A stretch of DNA of 64,000 bases from Epiperipatus broadwayi. Taxonomy: Eukaryota > Animalia > Onychophora. Positions 52,537 through 64,000 of the stretch are shown here, piece by piece; position 1 is the stretch's first letter, and the number at the start of each line of letters is the position of its first letter. Where the stretch lies: contig JAQFVV010000008.1 in assembly GCA_028023455.1 (NCBI GenBank), forward strand, positions 17,050,001 to 17,114,000, in the 5' to 3' direction. The position numbers and the translations under genes were made by a program. The notes below the pieces were generated by a model that had not been told where the DNA came from, did not search any database, and saw nothing but the letters and a program-made list of their open reading frames with translations.

Positions 52537-55312
52537 TAAATAAATTAACACTACAATCATGGAATAATTTTCTCAGTCTAGTGCTAGGCTATTTGCTTAG
52601 TGGCATCCTTGTACTGGCTATTATAATCTAGTAGTTTGGCGGCTCTAAAGCATTTTGTACCACCACAATATAAATATACCTAATTCTTTTTCTATCAGTT
52701 CAATTATTGACTGTTAAACTTTTTTTACAATTAAACTTCAGTTATGGATAAATTATTAAAATAAATTAGGGATACTAGTTTTTATATTTTTATTTTGAGA
52801 ATTTCAACAATTATGATTCAATAATTCATTACTTGTTTTAATTGAATTATTAAGTCTAGTTCTTGTGATTGAATTAGTTTGGCAATTAAAAATATCCGAT
52901 TTTCCGTTCTAGTCAAATTTCTAGTTTCAATCATATTTCTGATAACTATTAATCAAATTTTTTTTTTTTTTGACAAAATCAGACAACTTTTTTCATAAAA
53001 TTATGCTACTATTATTACTTCAAACAATTTTTACATGATTTTCAACAAACTGGTTTCATGATTATAGACGTATTTGACATATAATCATAAATTTCTTTGG
53101 AGATAAACATCCCAATAAAACCTCACTTAATTTCTAATGATTTACTGAATAGCTGAAACAGTATGCTACATCAGAAAAACAATTACTTAGTAATATTAAC
53201 ACTAAATAAAGATTACAGTGATATTTCTAGCAATATTAGTTTATAAATAAAAAAAGTCCTAACTGTGCAGTTCCATGACTCACTAGATATGTTATTTATT
53301 AATTAATACTCTTTCATAATTCTTAAAAATTTAAAAGCAAATATAAAAAAACACTTTGCTATTTCTATTGACCAATGTCTATTGACATCAGAAAAGCATT
53401 TCCACAAAATAATCAGCTGAATTCTAACATAATCATCGAGTAACTGTTTTATGAGGTAGAATACATTTGATCTAATTCATAAGATTATCCAATATAGATC
53501 ATACATTTAAAGAGGTAAGGATAGATCATCAGAAGAAACAAGCTATGGAAAAAGTTCAAAATATCCTCATAAATAAAGATCATCTGAGGCCAAAACAAAA
53601 GAGATTAGAGAGTGAGAATATTCAACAAATAAATTTACAACTAAGATTAATTGCATTGAAAAGTCACTTAAAAGTTGAAATGTTATTACAATGTATCAAA
53701 CAATAATCCAGTACTAATCTTTAATAATCATTGATATCTTTAGAAAAGAAACTGTCATGTTGTTACCAGTTCCTAGACTTAAACTTTCTATCTCATTATC
53801 AATAGTTCACCAATTAATCCCAATTCTCAGACATATCTAAAATATTATTAAAAAGCAACAAAATATTACAAATTCACAATCTCATAAAATATTCTATTAA
53901 AAATGCTTTATTAAAATCTCTGTTATTATAATAGAAATATATTATTGTCCAATTTCAGATGTCGCCTGGCCCTAAACAAGTGACTTGTACTTAAACTAAA
54001 TTTAAAATAATTGTATTTTTTTTAAATAATGCTCCATTTTTTTTAAAAAAAATCTAATATTTTTATAATTTATTTAAGAAGTTTCTTCGGTAAGTCACAT
54101 TCCAATAAATGTCTTTATAATAAAATGCTCCATTGTAGAAAATATATTCATTATTTGTTATTTTAAGTGTATTATTTCTAAAAAATTTACGCATAACTAT
54201 AATTTTCTCAAATTATTTTTATATAAAATTATAAAAAATTTGGAACTATTTACATAAAAATAATTTTTCAAAAAATATTTCCTGAACATAAAACATTACA
54301 TGGCAACCCAATAAGTTTTAAATCTTTTTCTACTGAAAATTAATGCAGATATTATTTTAAGATACTTAAGGCAACAAAAAACATAAACAATAATGCTTTG
54401 TGTGTGCATATACACTTGTATATATATAGATTAAACTAATTACTTTTGGTTTAAGTAGTCAACAATTCAATTTTAGTTTAATGCAAAGTTATAATTATAA
54501 TATCTATTATTTTAAGACATTCACCATTTATCAGTATTTATACATAAACATTGATAAAATACTTACAATATTAAAATCTTTTATGTCCATAGTTTATAAT
54601 TATACAATCCTAAAAAAAAAATTAAAAAGATTTAAAATATATAATATAGACAATACATAAAAAACAGTCTATTACATCAGATTTATTTCATTAATAATTC
54701 ATGTATTCTATAAATGCAATTTATCCACTGTACTTTAAACACTTTTATTGTACATATATGCATACACAATCTTATGTTTTCACTGTCCTGCAGTCTTCTT
54801 CAGAGCTATGATATAATGAACAAAATAAAATGTAAACAACAAATATAAATAAAATATAACAAAACATAATAAAACTGAAATAAATATAATCAAACTCAAA
54901 TAAAATAATCCAGTTAATATACAATATAAATTATACATGTGTATTTCTGACTGTATATATCTATATATACTCATGAATAACTTAATTTAAATATATTATT
55001 TATTTTTATTATTTTTAATAATCTCCTAATTACTTCTATTCCTTATAAATTTAAACTTTAATTTTATTAGCTTCATCTTAATACAATACTTAATAATTTT
55101 ATTTTTATATAATTCTCAGTTCAACCTTAATTCATTTATTAATATTCTTTTTAATTTTTAAACCATATAATAACTATTATTTTCTTATTCATTCTTCTGT
55201 TATTAATATTTTATATTTATCCTTTTTTTTTCAATCTAAAAACTATAAATATTATAATCTTTTAACTTACCCACTTTTACTTTAATTTTTTAAAACTAAA
55301 AAAAAAAAAACG

Positions 55313-57790
55313 TTTTTTTAATTGTGACTTCTTATATGGAGTCAAGAATCTCTCCGCAACTATACCCAGAGAAATCTATTAGCCACCTTACCTTCCTTTC
55401 CATTCCCTGCCCTAAGTTTTCCCATATCCTGCTCCATCCCATTTCCATAACATAATCTTTGTCAATTCCGTGATCTTTATATCTAAATTTCTCTTATCTT
55501 TTACCAAACCCAACATAAAAACCAATAACCAACTTTCTGTATAATCACTTTGTTTATATTTATTCTTCCATAACTTCATTATTTGTACCCTTTCTGCTTT
55601 CATGCATTTACATTCAATTAATAGATACCTAATATTTTCTATGCCTTTCTTAGACAACTTGCAGATTACATCACCCAGATTTCTCCATTTATGTGTATAT
55701 TCCCTTGTTGCTAAAGATCCCATTTGAGCCTTAAACAATAAACTACTTTCCTTGCTACTATCATAAATTAACCAACATCCAATATTCTGTTTATTTCTGT
55801 ATGTATTTAAACTCTTTTTACTCTCCATACTAGTTCTCTATCTCTCCAACTCCCTATTCTTTATTAATGCATCTATTCTTCTATCCCATTCCAACACTAT
55901 AACACTCAACAATTCTCCTAACGCAATCATCCCGCCTTTTGTAAAGTATACTGACATAAATTTTTTATCCAAATCTTCTGCATACCACCATACCTTTATC
56001 ACCCATCTCGTTGTCTGCCCTTTACTCCAGACAATTCAATACTATTTTGGCTATTCTTTTATATCCATAAACTGCAATCTATCAAACATTTTCATTGTGC
56101 TTTTTGCATCTCTCATATAAAAACTTGACCGTTCCATTTCTCCTTGAATTGCCTCCTTTTTTGCTGTCCATGCATGTCTTCCTACTTCTCTTTGTACTTT
56201 TTCTAAGTAATCTAATACCTCTTTATTAACACATAATGCATCATTACCATATGTTAACCCTGCTACTGCCACTCCCATACAATTCTAGCTATATCATATC
56301 TATTATATGAAAACACTGTCAATTTCTTTATCAATCCCTTTTTCTTTGCCTAATTTATCAATTTTTTCTCCCATTCATCCAAGCAATTTCTGATTACTTA
56401 AGACAATTCCCAAATAGCTATATCTATTCACCATATAGCACTTTATATCCTCCAATAAAAATTCTTTGTATTCTCTTTCCCCAGTATTAATCATCATTAC
56501 TTTTGATTTTTCTTCACTAAATTTAATCCCCATCTCTTTACCCACCCTTGCACATGTCCTCAGCATAACTTCTATATCTTCTCTTCTTTCTGTGCACAAA
56601 GACATCATCCACAAATAAAAGATCCGATAATGTATATACTCACTATCTATTAATGGTATCTCTATCCCTCTTCCTAATTTCTCTATTGCTCTCCCCATTT
56701 CTCTCAATTACAACAAAAACAAAATAGATGACATAGGGCATCTGTGTCTTAGTCCCACCCCATTTTTAACATTAACTGATTCTATATTCTTTAATTGATA
56801 TGTATAGTAAGTATTTTCATATAATTTCTTAATAATATCCACTAAAACTCCATCCATTCCCAAATTTACTAAACTTACCCATAATCTTTCTATTTACTTT
56901 ATCATATGCCTTCTCTATATCTATAAAAACCATATATAACTGTCTACCTGTATTCTTTACATATTCATTAAGTTGTGTAATTACAAATAAACTATCTCCT
57001 ATATGCCTATCTGATCAAAAACCTCCTTGCATGTCTCCCAATATATTATTTTCTTCCATGCATTTCGCAACCCTTCCAGCCACTGTATATTAGAAAACTT
57101 TATATAAAACTCTATTTTCCCTTGCAATTATATCTTCACATTCTCTTATTAGTGAATCTCCTATCAATACTGTCTCATAGTCTACTTTCTCTGCTTTATT
57201 CATAACCTTCTCTACCACCTTCTGGGCTTCCTTATCTACTTCATTTTCATTACTATTCATAATTCCTTTATCTGCTCACACTTTGTCTCTAATGATTTTA
57301 ATTTTCCTTCTACATCCTTTACCCCTTCCTCTATCTTACTTATTCTTTGGCTAACCATCTCCATTTCACTACTAATTTTTCCACCCATATCTCCCGACAC
57401 TCCACTACAACCATACTCTATCCCATCTTCCTCAATTACATTTTGCTCCATTTCGCCTGACTTTCTCTTTAGAGTGTCTACACTTAGAAACCACTTTTTC
57501 AACTCTTTTATCACATTTACATACTGTCTACATAACCATAAACCTGTTACATCCTTCCTAGTCTTATTTAAACATTTCAAGTGACAAACCTCTTCACATA
57601 TGGCACACACTCTGCCATAGCACACCTAATTTTTTTCTGACGATTATATATGCAATGTAGAATATAAAGCAATCCATATTCCTTATTTTCCAAGTCACCT
57701 ACTCTATATCTGACTTTACATTTCCTCTCCTACTCTTCAAACCCCTTTGCACAGGATAAAAACTTTATTCTCTTTCAAAACCGATCGATC
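55313..57790 (-). mobile_element. Degraded, internally deleted L2/CR1-group LINE
   Basis: ORF1 PHD finger (CAICEEVCHLKC...WLC), coiled coil and IGDSLIR (SGNH-esterase-like). RT motifs FIDIEKAYDKVNR, GLRH.CPMS.ILF, FVDDV (56601-56615) and YSYLG. C-terminal C..E...LL.EC. A-rich 3' end. Confidence 0.8.
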
Positions 57791-57869
57791 GATAATGATT
57801 TTTAAATTATCTTATACCCTATCTCCCTCTATTACATATTATTCAAACTAACTATATAATCACTTCATC

Positions 57870-57985
57870 TCTTTATATATATATATTTATACCCTTTAAC
57901 TTTTATTACTATTATTATATAACTCTATATATATAAATTTTTATACCCTTTAACTTTTATTACTATCATTTATAAATTTGTTATG
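57870..57985 (+). repeat. ~59-bp tandem duplication
   Basis: tatatata..tttataccct..aacttttattactat occurs twice. Confidence 0.8.
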
Positions 57986-58340
57986 TGTAAATATGCTAAG
58001 TAATATCTATAAATATATTCATGTTTATAATCCTATGTAACCATTTTTTTACAACCCATAATTCATTTATAAGTAATTTTCTCTTTATATATTTCCTCTA
58101 CATATCTTTTTTAAGAACTATATTTATACTAATGTCATCTAATCCTAGAATCCCTATTAAATTTTGGTTTTATCTTTCTTATTAGTATTGCTTCTTTTAT
58201 TTTCCTTTCTTTAATATTGTCTACATGTAACATCATTTTTATTGAACTTAGTGTATATTTTATGTTATTTTATTGTTTACATTTTTTATAGTATTATTTA
58301 TATAGTTATGTATTATATTTTATTTTGTTCATTATATCAT

Positions 58341-58376
58341 AGCACTGAAGAAGACTGCAGGATAGTCAAAATGTAA
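58341..58376 (+). ncRNA. Degenerate hammerhead-like core (mirror copy at ~54772-54807, minus strand)
   Basis: CTGAAGA-a-gact-gcaggat-agtc-aaaa-tgt, consistent with CpG decay of ...gtcGAAAcgt. Stem I is poor. Confidence 0.5.
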
Positions 58377-59351
58377 GATTGTGTATGCATATATGTACAA
58401 TAAAATATTTTTTGCTAAGAAGTGTTTAAAGTACAGTGGATAAATTGCATTTCTATAAGACATTACAGCAAAATAAAGGAAGTGGTAAATTTGGTAATTC
58501 ATGTATTGTTATTTTAAAAACAGATTAAATGCATTTAGTTTTTAAAAATATAATTTACATATTATTATTTTTTGTAATTATTAAATCATGATTAATGTAT
58601 GCATTTTGTGCATATGTTTATTCATTGTGTGCTAATTATAATGAACGAGTATTATTAACTTAATATGTTTGTGATACACAGTGTTCTTCTATTACGTGAA
58701 ATTAAATTGTATTGAATTTTCACATTATTATGTACAAATTTGTATAATACATAATAAATAAATTGTTTTCAAGTTAAGTTTAAAATATCAGTTTTAAAAA
58801 AAACAATTGCATTACTAAAAGCAAATAAGTTATTTGTGTAAAAAAAAAACATTTAAAAAATGATTTTAAAAGCACTTGCAGGAGAACAAATATAAGTAAT
58901 AAAATATTAATATTTTTTATTTAGAGCATCTTATAAAAAGAAAAAATATGTAATTCACTAATTTGTACTATTCCTGAATTTATTTCAATAGCAATGAATC
59001 ATTTACATTTTTTTCTTGATTATTTTATACTATGGTCTTTTCTTGGTAATAATATTTGAATGCATACAGATAAATTTGCATATGTATTAGCTTGATGTGT
59101 GTGGCAATACGTATAGTGAGTTTTGCCTGTTTTAACAAGTTATACACAAGCATAAGAGGTGGTGGTCATGTGATGTACATTGGCTTAATGTAAATATACT
59201 TATGCAACATATTTTATATTTTTAATTATAAAATAATTATATCAAAACAATATTTTAATAATAACAATAATTACCATATGAATGATTATCTACAATTAAA
59301 TGAACATATATTTTCCAAATGCTCATTTTTATACATATATAGTATATCAAT

Positions 59352-59513
59352 GTGCCCCCTTATTGTCAGACTGTCTTGCAAATGTAAAATCTCACTTATG
59401 TTTGTCACTTCAATTCTTACATGGATGACACATGGTATTCATGATGAACTTCACATCAAACCCAGATATAAACAGTTTCCTTCAATATAGCAACCTGACA
59501 AAGAGGGTGGCAC
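59352..59513. mobile_element. Possible small MITE
   Basis: Imperfect terminal inverted match gtgcccccttattgtcag / ctgacaaagagggtggcac. No clear TSD. Confidence 0.3.
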
Positions 59514-61641
59514 TTTATATATATATGTCTAAAATAGATTTGAAAAGTTTATAAACCCAATGTTTATATATACAATAGTTTGAAATACTATATTGATTAG
59601 TAATTAAATATTCCTATATATGTATAGATGCAGATTTCTATATTTATATATTGCATATACATATGTATTGAGATGGTATTTTTCCATTTCATATTAAAAT
59701 AATATATTATTTTAATAGATTTCTATTTTTTTATTCAAAATTTTATTTTTTATTAATGAATCATTTAAGCATTCTAAGTTAAAAGTTTTTTTTATTAATC
59801 GAACTTGAAAGTTTTTAGTTGAATCATGCCTATAAACTTTGCTTTTTGCTAATTATTTCTAAGCATCAACCTGTTGCAGGAACACAATGTCGTTCAATTG
59901 AAATACTGCAACCACTATCAATACAAAGTTGTACAAGATAGACCAATGTCCACATAATAATACATGCATGAGAACTCTTAACCTTTTAACCAAGCTTAAC
60001 CTGTTATCCTGTATATCATAATACTATGTATATTTTGTGTTAAATAAATTTCTTGATAAAAATGTTGAAGGGTGGTGGATGGTAAAACTAAAATCAAGCT
60101 CTATTGTGAAGTATTGATTAAAAATGAAATGTTATGATTCTATGTTTGATAAGTGAGTTTTTAATTATAATAATCAAAAATCATCTGGATCCAGGACAAA
60201 AGAAAAATATACTGTTGATATTTATAGACAATAACCTAAAACATTTTTTTTGGAAAGCTATAAAAAGAAAAAAAACTTGTATTAAAAAGACAGTTAGGTT
60301 TGTGAAAAACGCAGGAGGATTATCAGTACATGTGATAGCTATTTTAAAATAATATAGCACAGATAGAGACATCTAAAGTTTCTTTCCCGGGAAGTCTCTA
60401 AGCCTCACAATGTCCCTATGTAGCCGAGGAAGAAGTTCCAGATAAAGAACTAATGGTGTTGTAGCTAGCCAAGGTCAGCAAAAGAAATTTGTACAACTCC
60501 ATATGCAAATAAACAGTGATGGACAAAGGATAGTGAGACCCCTTTCTTAATTTCACATCCTGATAGATATAAACTAGGACCAAGGTGTGAAGGTCACATA
60601 GAAACAGTGCTATAGCAGAAAGGATGGCAAATATGAACATTTATTTTAAAAGAACTATATGCTTTTAATATAATTAGAACTTGTTTGTTTTTAGTCATAA
60701 ATAACATTTTTGTGATGGACACTTCACAAAAAGAGCTTGTATTTTACTTGAACTAATTTATATAATTTTAAATTAATAACTCTGCTGTACAATATTTATC
60801 ACTATTTAATGTTCTTATTAAGTTTGTGTGAATTTGTAATTCTTAGGTGTCTTAACTAGATAAGTTAAAAGAGTTCAGAAACACAAATCGGTAATATAGA
60901 ACCGACTGATTTGTTATTGATTTAAATAGAGTTAGCTAAATTAAAATCTTATAACAGATAAGAAGGAGCACTTTGAGAAAACCAAAGAGTGATTTCTCAA
61001 TTTGAATTATATGTTTTCCAGGCCATCTCCATGGTAGGGATGGAGGGCTTGGTTGAGTAATGACAGATAGCTAAGACAGTGTGTGGGCAGTTTACCTTGA
61101 TCCTGTAACTAACCATTGGGGCGGGGGTCTCAGGAAGCACCTTGAGCCTCCATCTTCAATGCTTAAAAAGAATCTGTACATATAACCTCTGCTGGCATAA
61201 TGTTGAATAGAGAATTATTTTGACCATCAAGAAAGAATGAGTAATAAAATGCGAGAAAGGGAGACGGTGGGTTCTACACATAGATTTATCAGATTTTTGC
61301 TTTAAAAATGTTTAAGATATGAACAGTAATGTCATATATTGTACAATTTATTTTTTTATATGATTAAAATTTAATATAAGGTTAGATAGTAATGTACCTC
61401 TATTATGATTATTTTCTTTATATAAAAAGGAAAGTAGAGTTGCTTTATGTCATGGGTATTCGGGCTCAAAGACCAGGTTCCATCGGAATGTAGATAGTAA
61501 CTCTGGGGGACCAGGTTCTAGTGGCATCACCGTGTGGTTATTTGGTCTTACTGGACTTAATTTGTATTATCACAGTATATTTATCATGATACCTATTTAT
61601 ATTCCTCTAATTTTAATATATGATATTAGTCATCTTTAGAA

Positions 61642-63909
61642 ATGATTATATCTGTTTTAAACTTATTAATAATTAACTGGGGTTTTGTCCCTACTTTATA
61701 TACAGCAGAATTGGATTATATTTTGACTAACAGGAAATACATATTTCAAGATTGTAATGTTCTTAATAAATTTAACACAGGAAGTGATCATCGATTAGTA
61801 AGGGGTATGATACATGTTAATGTAAAACTGGAGAGACAAAAATTATTAAGGAAAACTATATTTACAGTTGATATTCCTAATCTTCAGAAACATTCTAATG
61901 AATTTAAATTAGAACTTACAAATCGGTTTCAAGTATTAGTAGATTTTGAACATGATTCAGATTTGAATGAAATTAATATGAAAATAACTGATACACTTTT
62001 AAAAACTGCAACAAAGATAGCTGGTAGAAAAAAGCAGCAATTGACTAATAAAATTTCTACTGAGACTAGAGAACTTATGAAGAAAAGAAGGAATATGAAG
62101 ATATGCAAGAATGATGCATTAAAAAGAATTGAATATCTCGAATTTTGTAAAATGGTGCGGAAAAGAATTGAAAATGATATAAGAAAGTATAACTGTGAAC
62201 TAGCAAGAAAAGCTGTAGAAGAAAATAAAAGTCTTAAGAATATAAAACAACATTTTGGTATTGGTAGGAAATTTATATCTGCAATAAGGAAAAAAGATGG
62301 AATTATTACTAAAAAGAGGGATGACATTATGAAATTGGTAGAAGATTTTTATCAAGAATTATATAGTAATAAAGAACAAGTACCGCCTATATCTATTACA
62401 TCTTCCGAATTGCCCAGAATTTTAAATGAAGAAGTGAGAAATGCAATTAAATGTATGAAAAAAGGAAAGGCTCCAGGTAATGATGGAATTATAATTGATA
62501 TATTAAAAGAAGCAGGTGAAGAAACAGAAAAAATATTAGCAAAGTTATATACGAAATGTCTAAATGATAAAGATGTACTGGATGATTGGAAGAATGCAGT
62601 AATAATATTAATATTTAAAATAGGTGATAAAGAAGATATTAGAAATTACAGACCTATCAGCCTTTTATCAGTTTTATATAAAATTTTTACCAAGATAATT
62701 ACAACTCGTCTACAGAGAACCTTGGATTTTCACCAACCAAGAGAACAAGCTGGATTTAAAAGTGGTTTTAGTACAGTAGATCATATTCAAGTATTGAGAG
62801 AAGTTATAGAAAGGACAAATGAATATGAGTTGTCATTATGTTTTGGATTTGTAGATTATGAAAAGGCATTTGATTCTATAAACATTTCTTCAGTGATTAA
62901 AGCATTGGATCATCAAGGTATAGATCCAGGATATTGTCATATTTTAAAGAATATTTATAAAAATGCAACAGCAACAATTAGATTACATAATGATACTGGG
63001 AAAGTCAACATTGAGAAAGGTGTAAGACAAGGTGACTCCATATCTCCAAAACTTTTTACAGCAGTGCTGCAAGAAGTATTTTGTGGATTAAAATGGGAAA
63101 CTAAAGGAGTGAAAGTAAATGGAGATTATTTAAGTCATTTAGATTTCGCAGATGATGTAGTTGTTTTTGCAAATAATGCTTCCGAGCTGCAGGAAATGTT
63201 GCAGGAGTTATCAGATGAAAGTAGGAAAGTAGGACTAAAGATAAATGTTAAAAAGACTAAAGTAATGTTTAATCGATTTGCTCAAAATATGAAAATAAAG
63301 ATTGATTATGATGAATTAGAAGAAGTTAAGAGTTACAAATACCTTGGTCAGATTATTAATACAGATGGAAACATAATAGAGGAAATTAATCATAGAATTA
63401 AACTTGGTTGGAGTGCTTTTGGTAGAAATAACTTGATATTAAAAGGAAATATGCCTATGTGTTTGAAAAGAAAGGTTTTTAACAAATGTGTTTTACCAGT
63501 TCTTACTTATGGATCTGAGACTTGGACACTTAATAGAAGATCAATACAGAGACTTCAGACCACTCAAAGAAGTATGGAGAGATGTATGTTGGGAGTAACA
63601 AGAAGAGATCGAAAACGCAATGTATGGGTAAGAGAACAAACAGGTGTTACTGACCTCATTGAAAAAATTAAAAGATTGAAGTGGAGTTGGGCTGGACATA
63701 TTGCTAGAAGAGATGATAATAGATGGACAATTGAAATTTTAAACTGGATTCCAAGAGATTGTAAAAGACCCAGAAGGAGACCACATGTAAGATGGATGGA
63801 TGAAATAAGAAAATGTGTAGGGGTGATGTGGAGAAGAGAAGCTAAAGATCGGAGAAGATGGATTAAACTTGGAGAGACCTTCATCCTGCAGTGGATTGAT
63901 AATGTTTGA
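61642..63909 (+). CDS. RTE-clade LINE ORF2 (5'-truncated): end of APE endonuclease plus complete reverse transcriptase
   Basis: DYILTNRK...GSDHRLV (APE end), KAPGNDGI, NYRPISLL, EQAGF, DYEKAFDS, GVRQGDSISPKLF, FADD (63145-63156), YKYLG, WSWAGHIARR. Uninterrupted 755 codons. The first ~20 residues come from flanking DNA. Confidence 0.95.
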   Translation: MIISVLNLLIINWGFVPTLYTAELDYILTNRKYIFQDCNVLNKFNTGSDHRLVRGMIHVNVKLERQKLLRKTIFTVDIPNLQKHSNEFKLELTNRFQVLVDFEHDSDLNEINMKITDTLLKTATKIAGRKKQQLTNKISTETRELMKKRRNMKICKNDALKRIEYLEFCKMVRKRIENDIRKYNCELARKAVEENKSLKNIKQHFGIGRKFISAIRKKDGIITKKRDDIMKLVEDFYQELYSNKEQVPPISITSSELPRILNEEVRNAIKCMKKGKAPGNDGIIIDILKEAGEETEKILAKLYTKCLNDKDVLDDWKNAVIILIFKIGDKEDIRNYRPISLLSVLYKIFTKIITTRLQRTLDFHQPREQAGFKSGFSTVDHIQVLREVIERTNEYELSLCFGFVDYEKAFDSINISSVIKALDHQGIDPGYCHILKNIYKNATATIRLHNDTGKVNIEKGVRQGDSISPKLFTAVLQEVFCGLKWETKGVKVNGDYLSHLDFADDVVVFANNASELQEMLQELSDESRKVGLKINVKKTKVMFNRFAQNMKIKIDYDELEEVKSYKYLGQIINTDGNIIEEINHRIKLGWSAFGRNNLILKGNMPMCLKRKVFNKCVLPVLTYGSETWTLNRRSIQRLQTTQRSMERCMLGVTRRDRKRNVWVREQTGVTDLIEKIKRLKWSWAGHIARRDDNRWTIEILNWIPRDCKRPRRRPHVRWMDEIRKCVGVMWRREAKDRRRWIKLGETFILQWIDNV

Positions 63910-63930
63910 TAATGATGATGATGATGATGA
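61705..63930 (+). mobile_element. Young 5'-truncated RTE LINE with (GAT)n tail
   Basis: Open RT frame and a gatgatgat tail at ~63914-63928. No TSD identified. Confidence 0.9.
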
Positions 63931-64000
63931 GATAGCTAAATAAAATATTAAGAACATTAATATTACATTAAAAAAAAAAAAATGTTTTTTTTTTATTTGT

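Larger units (their letters stand above)
54708..58494. mobile_element. Large fold-back Penelope-like structure with inverted terminal arms enclosing a LINE
   Basis: Arms ~54708-54835 and ~58318-58459 are reverse-complement copies. 13-bp direct repeat taattcatgtatt at 54695-54707 and 58495-58507. ~35-nt tail at 58460-58494. Confidence 0.7.

Noticed and set aside
53500-53840. Open stretches on both strands (HTFKEVRIDHQ...; MSENWD*)
   Set aside because: Flanked or interrupted by stops, with no recognisable domain.
59873-60010. Minus-strand 46-codon exon candidate (DNRLSLVKRLRVLMHVLLCGHW...)
   Set aside because: Peptide not recognised, weak donor, and open frames also exist on the other strand.
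766-60352. Remaining 60-100 aa Phe/Ile/Leu/Tyr-rich ORFs in the supplied track
   Set aside because: Expected by chance in DNA this AT-rich, or they lie inside repeats described above.
60380-60640. 74-aa minus-strand ORF / Gypsy RNase H end (FPGK)
   Set aside because: A single weak motif with no ordered set of conserved residues.
61929-63957. Minus-strand ORFs 61929-62327, 63564-63884 and 63739-63957
   Set aside because: Antisense shadows of the RTE ORF.

Overview
Very AT-rich eukaryotic (animal) genomic DNA. It is probably an invertebrate that methylates its transposons, because repeats show strong CpG->TpG/CpA decay (inference). No prokaryotic features, rRNA or CRISPR were seen. Most of the window is nested mobile DNA: Ty3/Gypsy LTR relics (an Arc-like gag capsid fragment, integrase remnants, an LTR family in two inverted copies, a coding-poor element with ~2 kb LTRs), two Merlin-type DNA transposons with 8-bp TSDs, several MITEs, degraded L1/Tx1-like and L2/CR1-group LINEs, and a young 5'-truncated RTE LINE with an open RT frame (61642-63909). 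The most striking pattern is four unrelated-looking fold-back insertions (2.3, 12.4, 14.4 and 54.7-58.5 kb) with one shared architecture: a 13-18 bp flanking direct repeat, a 34-48 nt one-sided tail, and inverted arms. The 14.4 kb copy carries a complete minimal type I hammerhead ribozyme motif in each arm. Degenerate hammerhead cores occur in two others. This points to non-autonomous Penelope-like retroelements (inference). Host-gene evidence is sparse: one convincing minus-strand exon encoding a PARP10/14/NMI-type RRM (43551-43707), a few weaker exon candidates, and two RFX X-box motifs. All peptide assignments are by-eye motif recognition, not database searches.
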